IMG/VR virus record: IMGVR_UViG_3300033183_000299
Span: 1-43,507 of that record
Reading direction: 5' to 3' (one strand)
Source of the DNA: a virus
DNA length: 43,507 bases
Of the stretch, positions 1-10,107 are shown piece by piece (the first letter of the stretch is position 1; the number at the start of each line of letters is the position of its first letter). Position numbers and translations under genes: made by a program. Below the pieces are notes generated by a model. It ran no database searches, was not told the DNA's origin, and saw nothing but the letters and a program-made list of their open reading frames with translations.

Positions 1-2
1 CC

Positions 3-197
3 AGAGGCTCGTAAAGCATCAAAACGTTTAATGGCTTGTCTTGCGTGGAAACCAACGGAGTCTTGTCGCGTCTTATGTTTGTCCAGCTCTTCGAGAACCT
101 TGATGGGGACAAACAGGTCATTATTTTCGAACTTCTCGAAACAATCGCTATCCGAAAGAAATACGTTTGTATCGATGATTAAATTTTTCTTGGCCAT
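3..197 (-). CDS. phoH: PIN-domain PhoH-family protein, N-terminal part (runs off the window)
   Basis: Manual translation MAKKNLIIDTNVFLSD...VPIKVLEELDKHK...GFHARQAIKRFD matches the PIN domain of PIN-PhoH proteins; AAGGAG RBS upstream. Confidence 0.8.
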   Translation of the reverse strand, partial: MAKKNLIIDTNVFLSDSDCFEKFENNDLFVPIKVLEELDKHKTRQDSVGFHARQAIKRFDALRAS

Positions 198-237
198 GAG
201 GGCTCCTTTAAGTTTTCATTAGTGAAATTTAATTAGT

Positions 238-477
238 TTACTTCTCTACAATATCAAGGCCCATTTTTGAGATCTTGGACATTGTTGCTATCATTTCTCC
301 CAGTTGAGGGTCCATACCGATCATCCAGCCCATAAGACATGTGTGTGCTAACTCTTCGTTTGAAAAACCAACGTGGGCTGCTTTTTGACATAGTCGCAAC
401 AAGTGATCAAAACACTTGGCAAACTCTGGGTCCTCTTTACATTTTTCAATAATCTTGTCCATCATTTCTTCATTCAT
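238..477 (-). CDS. hypothetical protein
   Basis: 79-aa ORF with AAGGAG RBS, tightly packed between neighbours. Confidence 0.75.
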   Translation of the reverse strand: MNEEMMDKIIEKCKEDPEFAKCFDHLLRLCQKAAHVGFSNEELAHTCLMGWMIGMDPQLGEMIATMSKISKMGLDIVEK

Positions 478-479
478 CT

Positions 480-998
480 TTATCTCCTTAAGAATTTATC
501 CCATTCATTGGGTATTTGTTTATTTCCATGTTTTCTCATCATCCACTCAGCAGACGACCATAAGTTATTACTAGGCAATTGAGGCTCCCGAGATAGCTTC
601 ATGGAGGCTTCCTGAGGTGTTTTGTCGCCCTTTTTTTGATTACAAGGTACGCAACATGTCGTAAGGTTATCCCAGCTTTTAGGGCCCCCTTTTGACTTTG
701 GAATCACATGGTCTAAAGTTAAATGGTGCTTCATAAATTTTCCATTGCAATATTGACATGTGTAATCATCCCTAAAGAAAACTGTTTTTCTAGATGGCTT
801 CACTTGGATACCACCTTTCCTAACATACGACTTCAGCACGATTACTGATGGAAAATAAAAAAGGGCACAAGCCTGAAGAGAATAATTCTCAACGACCTGC
901 GCCCTACCGGAGAACACCAATGAAAAACCTTTATAAGCATCAACAATCTCAATCGGTTGCCATGCTGCATCTAACTTTAAAGTATATAAATTGCTCAC
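480..998 (-). CDS. HNH endonuclease (McrA-like)
   Basis: RDDYTCQYC...LTLDHVIPKSKGG...WDNLTTCCVPCNQKKG. Confidence 0.93.
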   Translation of the reverse strand: MSNLYTLKLDAAWQPIEIVDAYKGFSLVFSGRAQVVENYSLQACALFYFPSVIVLKSYVRKGGIQVKPSRKTVFFRDDYTCQYCNGKFMKHHLTLDHVIPKSKGGPKSWDNLTTCCVPCNQKKGDKTPQEASMKLSREPQLPSNNLWSSAEWMMRKHGNKQIPNEWDKFLRR

Positions 999-1006
999 AT
1001 CACTAA

Positions 1007-1330
1007 CTAGCTCTTAGTCATTAGTTTTGACGCTGCGCCTTCTTGAGGAATTTTAGAATTTGCGGCATCACATAAGGAAAAATTTTCAACAAAAGATTTT
1101 AGTTCTCCAAAAGCCTTCTTAAAATCTGGCTCCATTGTTACTTCTGTTTTTCCACCATGGCCATGAATTGCATGAACCTCTCCAATATTATCATATACTG
1201 TGACTGTTGGATGTTCAGATAACCAAGTGACTGCTACTTTACCATTATCGAATATGAACCCTTGTGCTACTCGACCCGTACCTGAAACACCTGATTCATC
1301 CTCTGTTCTGTTTAAATAAAAAATTTTCAT
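1007..1330 (-). CDS. hypothetical phage protein
   Basis: 107-aa ORF in operon context (DESGVSGTGRVAQG...HGHGG). Confidence 0.75.
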   Translation of the reverse strand: MKIFYLNRTEDESGVSGTGRVAQGFIFDNGKVAVTWLSEHPTVTVYDNIGEVHAIHGHGGKTEVTMEPDFKKAFGELKSFVENFSLCDAANSKIPQEGAASKLMTKS

Positions 1331-1331
1331 A

Positions 1332-1733
1332 TCAAATCCATTCCATATCTTCTGATGATTCTTCTTCGAAAGAGTCTTCCTCTTGCGCCTCTATTGGCTC
1401 GAACTCATCTTCGATTCCACCTAGCTTCTTAAAGTCTTCTTGTACTTTATCATGCATATAAGAAACAAAGCTTAAAACTCCCATTATGCAATCATAAGAG
1501 CTTTCCGACACAGGTTCGAAAGATAAAACTGAATCTTCAATATTAACAATTAAAGACTTTTCTCCACAGTAGTAGATATCAATATTGATATCATCTTCCG
1601 ATTCTGCATCAAACAGTTCCATCTCCATTAAGTAAAAACGTAATCGCTGAGCATAGTATTTTTCTTCTTGCTCTCCTGAGAGCTTTAGATTTATACCGAA
1701 CTCTAGCATACTTGCAAATTTATCCAACGACAT
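1332..1733 (-). CDS. acidic hypothetical protein
   Basis: Start moved to MSLDKF at 1733, behind GAGGAGG. Confidence 0.7.
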   Translation of the reverse strand: MSLDKFASMLEFGINLKLSGEQEEKYYAQRLRFYLMEMELFDAESEDDINIDIYYCGEKSLIVNIEDSVLSFEPVSESSYDCIMGVLSFVSYMHDKVQEDFKKLGGIEDEFEPIEAQEEDSFEEESSEDMEWI

Positions 1734-1909
1734 TATTTTCCTCCTCAAGAAAAGTAGAAAACGAAAAAGCAAAGGATCGATTAACGAAATGACCCTTACC
1801 TCTCCACAAAAGGGAGGAGGACGTAGTGGAACAAGGTAAGAATGATTTCTTCTCCTTATAGTGATCCATTGCTTCTCCGTTTTCAGTGTGTGTTTTGTTG
1901 TGTATATAT

Positions 1910-1938
1910 AATATAACACATCTGAAATGCTTTGTCAA
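1910..1938 (-). promoter_or_regulatory. sigma70-type promoter
   Basis: TTGACA-17 bp-TATATT; no palindromic operator. Confidence 0.75.
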
Positions 1939-2024
1939 GTAAAATATGAAACTTTTTTCAAAAAAGTGAAAACGAAAAAAATCTGGGCATATTTTATATA
2001 TAATATATTATAATAGTATTAGTA

Positions 2025-2345
2025 TTAATAATCTGAATAGTATTTTCTATAAAGAATATTAAATTGATCATATGGTATTCCTAATAGATTAGACATATCT
2101 GTTTTAGTATTACAACATGATCTAGCAAATTTAATACAAGCATCTCTACAGACATTAGGGATAGTATACCATATAGGAAAATTATAAAGCTTTCCATTTG
2201 ATACTTTAGCACTTGATTCAAGTTTTACAGCTATCAACTCTTCTAAAGTTAGGTCTGATATAACATTCAAAGTATCCTCAGTTATTCGACCTTCTTTCTT
2301 CAGAGAAAGAATAAAAGATTTTTTTTTATCATTCTTACTTGACAA
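2025..2345 (-). CDS. hypothetical protein, possible C-terminal HTH
   Basis: 106-aa ORF; KTDMSNLLGIPYDQF resembles an HTH helix-turn. Confidence 0.6.
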   Translation of the reverse strand: MSSKNDKKKSFILSLKKEGRITEDTLNVISDLTLEELIAVKLESSAKVSNGKLYNFPIWYTIPNVCRDACIKFARSCCNTKTDMSNLLGIPYDQFNILYRKYYSDY

Positions 2346-2367
2346 GGCTACCTCAATATGTTATATT
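2339..2367 (+). promoter_or_regulatory. plus-strand (antisense) sigma70-type promoter
   Basis: TTGACA-17 bp-TGnTATATT. Confidence 0.6.
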
Positions 2368-2421
2368 GTTTATATGTGTTGTACTGTTGTGTTTTGTGTG
2401 TATTAAATAATTTTGGAGGAA

Positions 2422-3303
2422 TTATGTTGGATTTTCGATATTCGGAGTTTCTGGAGAACTATCAAGTTCTTGTTCGTATTTGTCTAGCAACAGCTTGATG
2501 TTGTAGAGGCCCCATTTCTTATACATTTCCTGATCTTCAGGATTGTTAAGATCTAAATAGGCTTCTGAGAAATAGCTTTGAACAAGATTGAAGGCATCAA
2601 ACGCTTGGTTTCTACCGGTGGAATCGCCCTCGATACCGGCTCCAAATTCTTCTCTTTCTTTTTCTATATCTTTTTTCTTATCAAAGTCCTTAGCAGCTTG
2701 AGATTTATTGTTTTCAACCTCTTTGTTCTCTTCTTCTTCGAATTCATCTGAGACGACATCATTTTCTTTTTCATCATCAGTAATATCAATATCTAATTCA
2801 TTTAGGATATTTTCCATAATGTTGTCCAAACCACCATCAGCTTCAATATCCGAAGCCATCTCATCAGAGGTCATTTCAGACGGTGGAGCTTCTAGTGAAT
2901 TACTAGAGGTCTCAAAATCAGATGCGACATCTTCTGCTTCCTTACCTTGGGCATTAAGAGCATCCAATTCATCAAATAGTCTAACCATTGCACCAAGGAA
3001 GTGGTTTGAGAAAGACTCTCTCTGAGTTGGGTCTGTTGTTAATTGTTGATATTTTGATCTAATAGATGGCTTGGCTTTCCGAATGGCATCACGCAATTTG
3101 TTGATACCAGTATTTGGATGTGGGTTGGCCATATCCTTTGCTTCATAAAGTGTCTCTAATGTTTGTTGATTCTTGACCTCAGAGATCATTCTTCTTACAT
3201 ATAGTCGAACAGCATGTTCTTCTTGCTGCTCTCGCAGCAAGTTTTTTACAAATGTTTTTTTGATAAACTCTCTTAACAATTTTTCTTGCTGCTTTTGCAT
3301 CAT
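2422..3303 (-). CDS. acidic protein, putative virion internal protein
   Basis: 293 aa, very D/E-rich, repeated (L/I)xE motifs near the N-terminus. Confidence 0.7.
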   Translation of the reverse strand: MMQKQQEKLLREFIKKTFVKNLLREQQEEHAVRLYVRRMISEVKNQQTLETLYEAKDMANPHPNTGINKLRDAIRKAKPSIRSKYQQLTTDPTQRESFSNHFLGAMVRLFDELDALNAQGKEAEDVASDFETSSNSLEAPPSEMTSDEMASDIEADGGLDNIMENILNELDIDITDDEKENDVVSDEFEEEENKEVENNKSQAAKDFDKKKDIEKEREEFGAGIEGDSTGRNQAFDAFNLVQSYFSEAYLDLNNPEDQEMYKKWGLYNIKLLLDKYEQELDSSPETPNIENPT

Positions 3304-4268
3304 TTGATCCTTTTGTTATTTAGAAATACTCTTTTTGCTTTTGCGATTCTCTTAAGTGCTTCTTGTAAAGTGGCTGACTTCCCTTCCTCTTCTGCAGCGG
3401 CTGGTGCGTCACCCTTTGGAGGCTTGGGGTCATTATCGTACTTTTTGCCTTTTTTAGGCATTTTATTTGCTTTCTTTTTGTCAAAGTTGTATTCTTTCTT
3501 TTCATCCAACTCTTCTTCTGATTCTTCTTCGCCTTCGTGGATACGATCTGGCTGATATCTATCTTCGTGACCGGTGAATTTATCAGAGTTTGTGGTTCTA
3601 GGATTCATACGACCTTCTTCGAGCTCATCTTCTTCCTTCATGTATTCTTTGTCTCCACAAGCTTCATCGAGACCATCTTGTTCTTTGAGATCCTTACTCC
3701 CTTTACCATCAATTGCATAATCAGGAACCATTTTTCCTGTTTTTGGATCTTTTACCATGTTCTTTTTGCTCTCAGAGAGGATTCCCCATTTCTTAAGAAG
3801 CAATTTATTCAATTCGTTGTTTTTCCACTCTTTCAAAGACATATTAGTTTTCTCCCCTAATTTTAAGTTATCTTCATACTCTCTCATTAGGCCATTTCCT
3901 TTTTCCATGGCCTCATCTTCAAGAGCTTTCATTTTTTCGTTCTTTAAATAGTATCCTTCACCCATATACCCACCAACGTCTAATCTACCTTCTAAATTTT
4001 GATGATGATGAATCAATTCGTGTGCGATAGATCTCAACATGTCTTTTGGGTGTCTTCCATCTGTGAAAATGTGCACCTCAAGGCTGCTAGGGTCGTAATA
4101 GGCTGTTTTTCCAAGAACATTGGCCTGATTACTAGGGTCTGAGTCAAAAACCATCACAGGAGGCTTCTGGAAGGTTAGTTTTTGATCAAAATAATCATAC
4201 ATTCCATTGATATGTGGTTGCATATCGCTCAAATCTATGTTGGCTGGGTTCTTTATCTTACAAGGCAT
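3300..4268 (-). CDS. HExxH zinc-metallopeptidase-like protein with charged tail
   Basis: MLRSIAHELIHHHQ...E; low-complexity C-terminal half. Confidence 0.7.
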   Translation of the reverse strand: MPCKIKNPANIDLSDMQPHINGMYDYFDQKLTFQKPPVMVFDSDPSNQANVLGKTAYYDPSSLEVHIFTDGRHPKDMLRSIAHELIHHHQNLEGRLDVGGYMGEGYYLKNEKMKALEDEAMEKGNGLMREYEDNLKLGEKTNMSLKEWKNNELNKLLLKKWGILSESKKNMVKDPKTGKMVPDYAIDGKGSKDLKEQDGLDEACGDKEYMKEEDELEEGRMNPRTTNSDKFTGHEDRYQPDRIHEGEEESEEELDEKKEYNFDKKKANKMPKKGKKYDNDPKPPKGDAPAAAEEEGKSATLQEALKRIAKAKRVFLNNKRIK

Positions 4269-4269
4269 G

Positions 4270-4548
4270 CTATAAATAGTCCTGTTTTATGCTTTTTTTA
4301 AGGGAAAAAAGGGGTATAAATTCGTATTCTGAGGCCCCAAAAGGCATGATTTTGGCTATTAAAACGGTATTTTCAAGCCTATTTTCCTCTAAAATCTCCA
4401 ATAAAAGACCCTCTTTCTCCTCGAAAACGGCCGATTCTAGGTCAAAAAGCCAAGATTTCCAAGTTACAATGTCTCCTGGGGCCAAATTTTCGGCTTTTGA
4501 AGCCCCTAAAGACTTAAATTTGGGTGTTTTGAAGATTTTTTTACTCAT
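4270..4548 (-). CDS. small beta-rich (SH3-like) hypothetical protein
   Basis: LAPGDIVTW motif. Confidence 0.6.
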   Translation of the reverse strand: MSKKIFKTPKFKSLGASKAENLAPGDIVTWKSWLFDLESAVFEEKEGLLLEILEENRLENTVLIAKIMPFGASEYEFIPLFSLKKSIKQDYL

Positions 4549-4554
4549 TTTGGC

Positions 4555-4968
4555 TTAATATTCGTAATATTCTTCGGATTCTTCTTCATTTTTGTCCATT
4601 TCAAGTGGAAATTCCCCAATTTCACCCGCCATAGGGTCCATTTCGGGCATTTCTGAGGTCATTTCGGGCACAACTTGGTCATATGCACCCTCTTCCATCC
4701 CATATTCGACATAATGCTTAACAGTTTTGATATAATCAGCTGCTTTTGTGAGTTTTGACTGCACCCAAGCCTCTAATTGAGTCTCATCAGACAGCATTTG
4801 GCTTAATTCTGCTGCATATTCAGCAATATCGGACAATTGACGCTTAGCCATACGTCCTTCGTCATCAATTTCACCATTTGGAAGCAATCCAGTGCCCATT
4901 TGTTGTGGCATACCCATACCACACTCTTCTTTGATGATTTCTAGCAATCTTTTCTTTGATATTTTCAT
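4555..4968 (-). CDS. phage protein with IIKEE leader
   Basis: MKISKKRLLEIIKEE...DDEGRMAKRQL...LEAWVQSKLTKAADYI. Confidence 0.75.
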   Translation of the reverse strand: MKISKKRLLEIIKEECGMGMPQQMGTGLLPNGEIDDEGRMAKRQLSDIAEYAAELSQMLSDETQLEAWVQSKLTKAADYIKTVKHYVEYGMEEGAYDQVVPEMTSEMPEMDPMAGEIGEFPLEMDKNEEESEEYYEY

Positions 4969-4971
4969 TTT

Positions 4972-5112
4972 TCAAACCTCTTTCATGTAAATAAGACTCA
5001 AAAGTGCAATAATTGACCATTCTGGACCTAAAATAACACCAATAGATAACATAAATAGGGCAAACAACCCAGTTTTCAACATTTGAAGCATTGTTTCTTC
5101 TTCATTAAGCAT
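4972..5112 (-). CDS. small membrane protein (46 aa, not in ORF track)
   Basis: MLNEEETMLQMLKTGLFALFMLSIGVILGPEWSIIALLSLIYMKEV; TAATG overlap with the upstream stop. Confidence 0.6.
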   Translation of the reverse strand: MLNEEETMLQMLKTGLFALFMLSIGVILGPEWSIIALLSLIYMKEV

Positions 5113-6323
5113 TATTCACCTCCTCCATCGCCATCTGAGCCATCATACAAGTCGAAATATGGATAATAGCTCCCTACACCTTTATTTTTTTTGCTTCTCC
5201 GGCGTTTTTTTCTCTTTTTACGCTTTTTTTTCTCTTCTACCGTTGATTTAATCTTAATTTTAATTTTTTTGGTAGATTTTTCATCATTTTCCTCCTCTAG
5301 AACACCAAATCCGGGAGGAGCAGACTTGGAACGACTAAAATCCGTGACTCTTTTGAGGCCTTTTGCCCCTGTTGTCTTAGATCCACCTAGTCCAATGATG
5401 CGTCTTTTCTTAATTTTGTGATTTTTGGAGTGAGGTTGTCGAGATTCTATTAATTCTTGTTGCATTTCCAGCATATTCATTACATTTTGAAGGTTTTGAG
5501 TCATATTTCCAGACGCTTTACGGACAACTTCTTCATAATCTCCACAAAAATAGTCAGCAATCTCCCATTGAAGGTTAATTACACCCTCTAATTCTTCTCC
5601 ACTGTAGTCTGTTCGACCAATAAAGTAGTGAGAAGGCTTAGTTATGCCCTTCCACGTGGTCTCTAGAGTGTCTAAAAACTTAACCTCAGTCACTTCTAGA
5701 CCTAGTTCTTCCTTGACTTCTCGATAAAAAGAGAAAGGAGCCTCTTCTCCATGCTCAATATGGCCACCTGGTGCATCCCACTCATATGAATCTGACCTTT
5801 GAGCGATAACTATTTTGCCATCTGAGGTCAAAATTACTCCCTTGGCTATCTCATCACTGTCTTCGATGAGATCCTCAGGGTCCTTTACGACTATTTTAAA
5901 GTCTTTGTGTAGATTTTTGTGAGCTTCGATGGCTTCACGCTCAGCTGGGTCGTCATCATAGTGCAGTGTGGACCCTAATTCATGCAACTTTCGAGCTTTT
6001 GGCTCTCCATCAGTGTAGAAAATGGCGTTAACTTCAATTTTTAGCTTGTCTAAGATGCTGCGAACGGAGCTTTCATCGTCTTCTAGATGTTTTTGTCTAG
6101 ACGTTACGATAAATACAGTCTTGCCTGACCTCTTAAAGCTCTTTATTCTCTTAATTATCTCTTTGTTTACGCCACCAAACTGATAATTTTCAACACCATC
6201 AACGGTTTTGTTTAAAAAAGACTTTACAACTGTATTGTCGAAATCAAATGTTACAACATCGCCATTGCGATTGTCTTTTATTTTTTTAAAATTTTCAAAT
6301 ATCTCTTTCATGGGTACCTCCAT
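5112..6323 (-). CDS. HAD-like phosphatase + Nudix hydrolase fusion with basic tail
   Basis: VVTFDFDNT, IVTSR, K and YDDD HAD motifs; full Nudix box GHIEHGEEAPFSFYREVKEELGL; KKKKRKKRKKRRRSKK tail. Confidence 0.88.
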   Translation of the reverse strand: MEVPMKEIFENFKKIKDNRNGDVVTFDFDNTVVKSFLNKTVDGVENYQFGGVNKEIIKRIKSFKRSGKTVFIVTSRQKHLEDDESSVRSILDKLKIEVNAIFYTDGEPKARKLHELGSTLHYDDDPAEREAIEAHKNLHKDFKIVVKDPEDLIEDSDEIAKGVILTSDGKIVIAQRSDSYEWDAPGGHIEHGEEAPFSFYREVKEELGLEVTEVKFLDTLETTWKGITKPSHYFIGRTDYSGEELEGVINLQWEIADYFCGDYEEVVRKASGNMTQNLQNVMNMLEMQQELIESRQPHSKNHKIKKRRIIGLGGSKTTGAKGLKRVTDFSRSKSAPPGFGVLEEENDEKSTKKIKIKIKSTVEEKKKRKKRKKRRRSKKNKGVGSYYPYFDLYDGSDGDGGGE

Positions 6324-6342
6324 GATACATTATACCATATTT

Positions 6343-6687
6343 TCAACGGTTTTGCAAGATTTTTAATCGGTAAGAGCGAGATTCTGTGAGTTCTTCTTCT
6401 TCTTCCATTACATTTTTTAGACCTTGGTGCTTTGATCTTTCAACGTGACCTTCGTGTTCTTCCTCACCAGAAACTAATTGCTGAACATTTCTTCCTGCGA
6501 GACCTTGGGTCGAATACATCTCATCTAGTTTGTCGCCTTTAAGACGCTGATCCTGCTCTTGTTTTTTGTTGAAAGTGTCGTTACCCTCCGGGTCTCCAAA
6601 CGAAGCTCCATAGCCTTGTATGGCGCCACCAGATACACTAGCAATCTCATCTATAACTTCTTTTTTCTTTTTAATTCTTATTTTCAC
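6343..6687 (-). CDS. hypothetical protein
   Basis: GTG start behind GAGG, overlapping the stop of the upstream ART gene. Confidence 0.65.
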   Translation of the reverse strand: MKIRIKKKKEVIDEIASVSGGAIQGYGASFGDPEGNDTFNKKQEQDQRLKGDKLDEMYSTQGLAGRNVQQLVSGEEEHEGHVERSKHQGLKNVMEEEEELTESRSYRLKILQNR

Positions 6688-7628
6688 TACACTACCTCGT
6701 GTGTGCATGTGAGAGTCAACAAAGCCGTCCTACTCATACCAGATAGATCGTCATTAACAAGGTTGTATTTTTGCTTGTATTCTCTATCTTTTTCTTTCAT
6801 TATTTCAAAGGCTTCAAAAATCTCTTCTTTTGTTTTATATGGCTTAGCATGAAATTGAGATCCAACACCAACAACGCCTTCTGAATAAACAAAATCAACA
6901 TCATCTATGTTTAGTTTTCCCGAGAGGATAACCTCATCTTCGCCTTCAAAATAACTTAATTTCCCAACAGCAAGACCTGCGTCTTCATAATTTTTAATTA
7001 TCATAACGATACAGATTGGCCCCACGTAAGGCTCACCAGAAGATTTCCATGTTTCTTTAGACGCAAAGTTTTTAGCTGTCCTATAATCCCTAGAAGTTGA
7101 TACAGACCTGGTTATATCTAGAAATCCATCATTTATTATTTTCTCAGCCATACCATATGAAACATTATGCAATCCTCTGTAGAGCTCTTGAGAGTAGGAA
7201 CTAGCTCTGTCAAGATCAGCTCTACCTGCAATGTTTGGGTGACTAGTTTTGAAGTAGTCTTTTAGCTCATCCGGATTTGCAGACATTTGGCCAAAGATGG
7301 GCAAGAACTTTTTCGCATTGATATAATCTTGTTTAGTGATCTTGTCATAAGTCTTAAGTCCAATAGAGTGCATGCGTCTGGCATATCTTCCAACAATAGC
7401 ATCCCACCTTTCAGCCTTAGTGTCGTCAAACAAGTCTGGATTTCTAATGGTGTCTGTATTCCCGGAGGTCATTAAGATCATTGACTTCATGATGAGAAGA
7501 AGAGCTTTTTTCTCTTCATCATTGAGTCTCCATTGGATTCTGTCGAAATCCTTTCCATCTCTATTTGCTTCAACTGCTAAGAAACGAGCTATGAACATAG
7601 CTGACTTTTTTACTTCATCTGATATCAT
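6687..7628 (-). CDS. ADP-ribosyltransferase, R-S-E clade (paralog 4)
   Basis: LYRG...VSTS...EGEDEVIL. Confidence 0.8.
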   Translation of the reverse strand: MISDEVKKSAMFIARFLAVEANRDGKDFDRIQWRLNDEEKKALLLIMKSMILMTSGNTDTIRNPDLFDDTKAERWDAIVGRYARRMHSIGLKTYDKITKQDYINAKKFLPIFGQMSANPDELKDYFKTSHPNIAGRADLDRASSYSQELYRGLHNVSYGMAEKIINDGFLDITRSVSTSRDYRTAKNFASKETWKSSGEPYVGPICIVMIIKNYEDAGLAVGKLSYFEGEDEVILSGKLNIDDVDFVYSEGVVGVGSQFHAKPYKTKEEIFEAFEIMKEKDREYKQKYNLVNDDLSGMSRTALLTLTCTHEVV

Positions 7629-7840
7629 TTTCTTTTTTGAGCGTCAATTTGTTGCAAAACTTCGTCTGGAATTTTTTTGCCGGTTGATTGAGAAATCTGC
7701 ATTTGAGACATGATGTCTTCCATGGCGGAGGCCTCAGCTTCTTCCTTCATGACTTGCTCATCCTCAGCTTCCATTTCTGACATAACAGCTTCGAGCTCTT
7801 CTTTGATCAATTGTTTAATTTGTGTTTTTGAAAGTTTCAT
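7625..7840 (-). CDS. small acidic protein with LIKEE leader
   Basis: MKLSKTQIKQLIKEELE; AAGGAG RBS. Confidence 0.8.
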   Translation of the reverse strand: MKLSKTQIKQLIKEELEAVMSEMEAEDEQVMKEEAEASAMEDIMSQMQISQSTGKKIPDEVLQQIDAQKRK

Positions 7841-7891
7841 ATTAATCTCCTTAGATTTGATATAATTAGTCTTATTTGATACAAAAATGAC

Positions 7892-8980
7892 TTAAACTAC
7901 ACGAACTATTGCATTAATGTCGCCATGCTTACCGTAAGGCTTTAGTTTTAGTCTGTGTCCTTTTAGAGGTTCAGCCATATTCCAAGAGTTTCCAACTGTT
8001 ATGATGTATTCTCCTTTCTTGTGAAGATCTCCAAAAAACTTCTTTTGTTCCTCTTCGGATGCATTGTCTACGTAATAAATTAGTCTTCTACTGAGAGATC
8101 TTCGATCTTTAACTGTTCGTTTGACTTGATCAATTCTGCCCATAATCATTCCTTCGCTATCTACGTCAAATCTGGCGGTAGCTAGAGGATCCGTCATTTC
8201 TGTATTTTCCATATCATAGATTTCACAATAAAATATTAAAGTGTAAGATTCTATTTCAGCTTGCCCAGATAAAATGACCTCAGATTCACCAAAATATTTA
8301 CTTAAGTTTTGAGAAATAAACCCTTTCCTGTCTGGGTTAGTGATGCTTAGTAAAGCACGGTGGCCACCCTTCTGATCTTTAAATCCCATGGCTGATCTAT
8401 AGTCGTTTGTTGTCGAGACGCCCCTTGTCATATCCCAAAGACTCTCAGTTTTCATCAAACTCAAAACAGCATCAGCCGGTAGACTATGGAGACCTCTATA
8501 TAAAAATTCATAACCTTCCACTTCATCAGAATTCTTTGAGACTGTTTGGGATATATCGGAGTCAGTAACGCCTGACTTTTTGAAAACAGATAAAACTTCA
8601 TCACTGTCCATACTTGAAGATCCCATCAGAGGCAATAATGATTTAGCGAGACGGTAATGACCTCTTCTCGGAGCCCTAGACATATCAAATCCTACTAATT
8701 CTAAGGCCAACATTGAAGGCTCGGATAGTATTTCTGAGATGGGCTCAGCAAAGTAATCATCATACATCATTGGATTCCTAACTGAGTCTGTATTACCAGA
8801 TGTCAACAAGGTCATAGCTATAATCATGTCGGCAAATGCTTCTTTTTCACCACTTGTCGGTAATGCATTATTTATTATTTTTTCAAATATATCTCCACGC
8901 TCATCTAAAGGTTTTCCTGCATATTTTTGTATGATATTCAAAATTCTCGTTACAGCTAGGGCTACTCTATTTAATTCCAT
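7892..8980 (-). CDS. ADP-ribosyltransferase, R-S-E clade (paralog 3)
   Basis: LYRG...VSTT...GESEVIL. Confidence 0.8.
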   Translation of the reverse strand: MELNRVALAVTRILNIIQKYAGKPLDERGDIFEKIINNALPTSGEKEAFADMIIAMTLLTSGNTDSVRNPMMYDDYFAEPISEILSEPSMLALELVGFDMSRAPRRGHYRLAKSLLPLMGSSSMDSDEVLSVFKKSGVTDSDISQTVSKNSDEVEGYEFLYRGLHSLPADAVLSLMKTESLWDMTRGVSTTNDYRSAMGFKDQKGGHRALLSITNPDRKGFISQNLSKYFGESEVILSGQAEIESYTLIFYCEIYDMENTEMTDPLATARFDVDSEGMIMGRIDQVKRTVKDRRSLSRRLIYYVDNASEEEQKKFFGDLHKKGEYIITVGNSWNMAEPLKGHRLKLKPYGKHGDINAIVRVV

Positions 8981-8990
8981 TTTTTTCTCC

Positions 8991-10097
8991 TTATGATAAC
9001 TTCATTTTCACATTCATAAACCAATTGTCATAAATAAGTTTAGTAAAGTTAAGGTCTGTGTTGTTTGATTTAATTGAAAATCTTTTCTCTAAAAGATTTT
9101 TAAGGAACTCTAATCCATCGACATTATATCTTTCTTTAAACTTTGATTGTTGTTTTTGGCCATCGCTCTTAAATTCAACAGTGCCCTCAAGTAAGGTAAA
9201 TCTTGGCCTTATTTCTAGATAATCCACATAAAACACGTGTCCATCTTCTGTTTCAAGTTTCACTCTATCTTCGCCAAATACTCCATGGAATTGATTAACA
9301 GGCACAATTTTATAATCAATGACTTTGAGAATACCAGCTAGGATAACCTCATCTTCTTTGTGATATTTTGATAAATTATTAAAAAAGAAACCTTTTTTTT
9401 CTTGGTTGTATATCTCAAATAAAATTCTATTTGGATTATTTTTACCTGCGAATTCAGCGGCAACATCAACGTCCATACTGGTTGATACGCCTCTACTAAT
9501 ATCCCATGAACTACCAATTTTAGCAAGACTTAGGATGGCTTCCACGGGCATTGCATGAAATCCACGGTACAGTTTTTCCGGCGTAAAGCCTTCAACATTC
9601 ATTTTCTTTAAAATCGCATTATCATCAGCATTCTTTGTCATCCTATCAATAATATCGCTGGGTAGACCTGAGCCTTTAGATATTATTTTATTTTCAAATT
9701 CCTTAAACGCTGTTGATCCTAAAATGGGCAACATTATCTTGGAATTAATATAGTCATTTTTTGTTATTTTTTGATTAATTTCACTAACAGTCATTATGTT
9801 ATAATTCGTCAAAATATACTTGAGAGAGTCTCCCATGACCCCGCCCCACGTTGAAGTACTACCTGGATTAAAATTGTCAGGATCTCTAACTGTTTTTACA
9901 TTTCCCGAGGTCAACAGCACTCCGGCTTTTAATATTTTCTTAATTCCATTTTTTTCGTTTTCGCTGAGATTCTCTAAGGCATTGCGTATAAGCTTTTTCT
10001 CTTCCTCGGTGGATGACCCACCCATGGGGGAAGAATATTTAGAGTCTAAAATAAAATTAAGAACCCTTGTGATAGCTATTAAATCTTTTCTAATCAT
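8991..10097 (-). CDS. ADP-ribosyltransferase, R-S-E clade (paralog 2)
   Basis: LYRG...VSTS...KEDEVIL. Confidence 0.8.
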   Translation of the reverse strand: MIRKDLIAITRVLNFILDSKYSSPMGGSSTEEEKKLIRNALENLSENEKNGIKKILKAGVLLTSGNVKTVRDPDNFNPGSTSTWGGVMGDSLKYILTNYNIMTVSEINQKITKNDYINSKIMLPILGSTAFKEFENKIISKGSGLPSDIIDRMTKNADDNAILKKMNVEGFTPEKLYRGFHAMPVEAILSLAKIGSSWDISRGVSTSMDVDVAAEFAGKNNPNRILFEIYNQEKKGFFFNNLSKYHKEDEVILAGILKVIDYKIVPVNQFHGVFGEDRVKLETEDGHVFYVDYLEIRPRFTLLEGTVEFKSDGQKQQSKFKERYNVDGLEFLKNLLEKRFSIKSNNTDLNFTKLIYDNWFMNVKMKLS

Positions 10098-10107
10098 GTT
10101 TTAATCC

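Noticed and set aside
7625-7645. Programmed -1 frameshift fusing the IKEE leader to ART paralog 4
   Set aside because: AAAAAAG is present but out of the canonical X XXY YYZ phase; the ATGA overlap is explained by translational coupling
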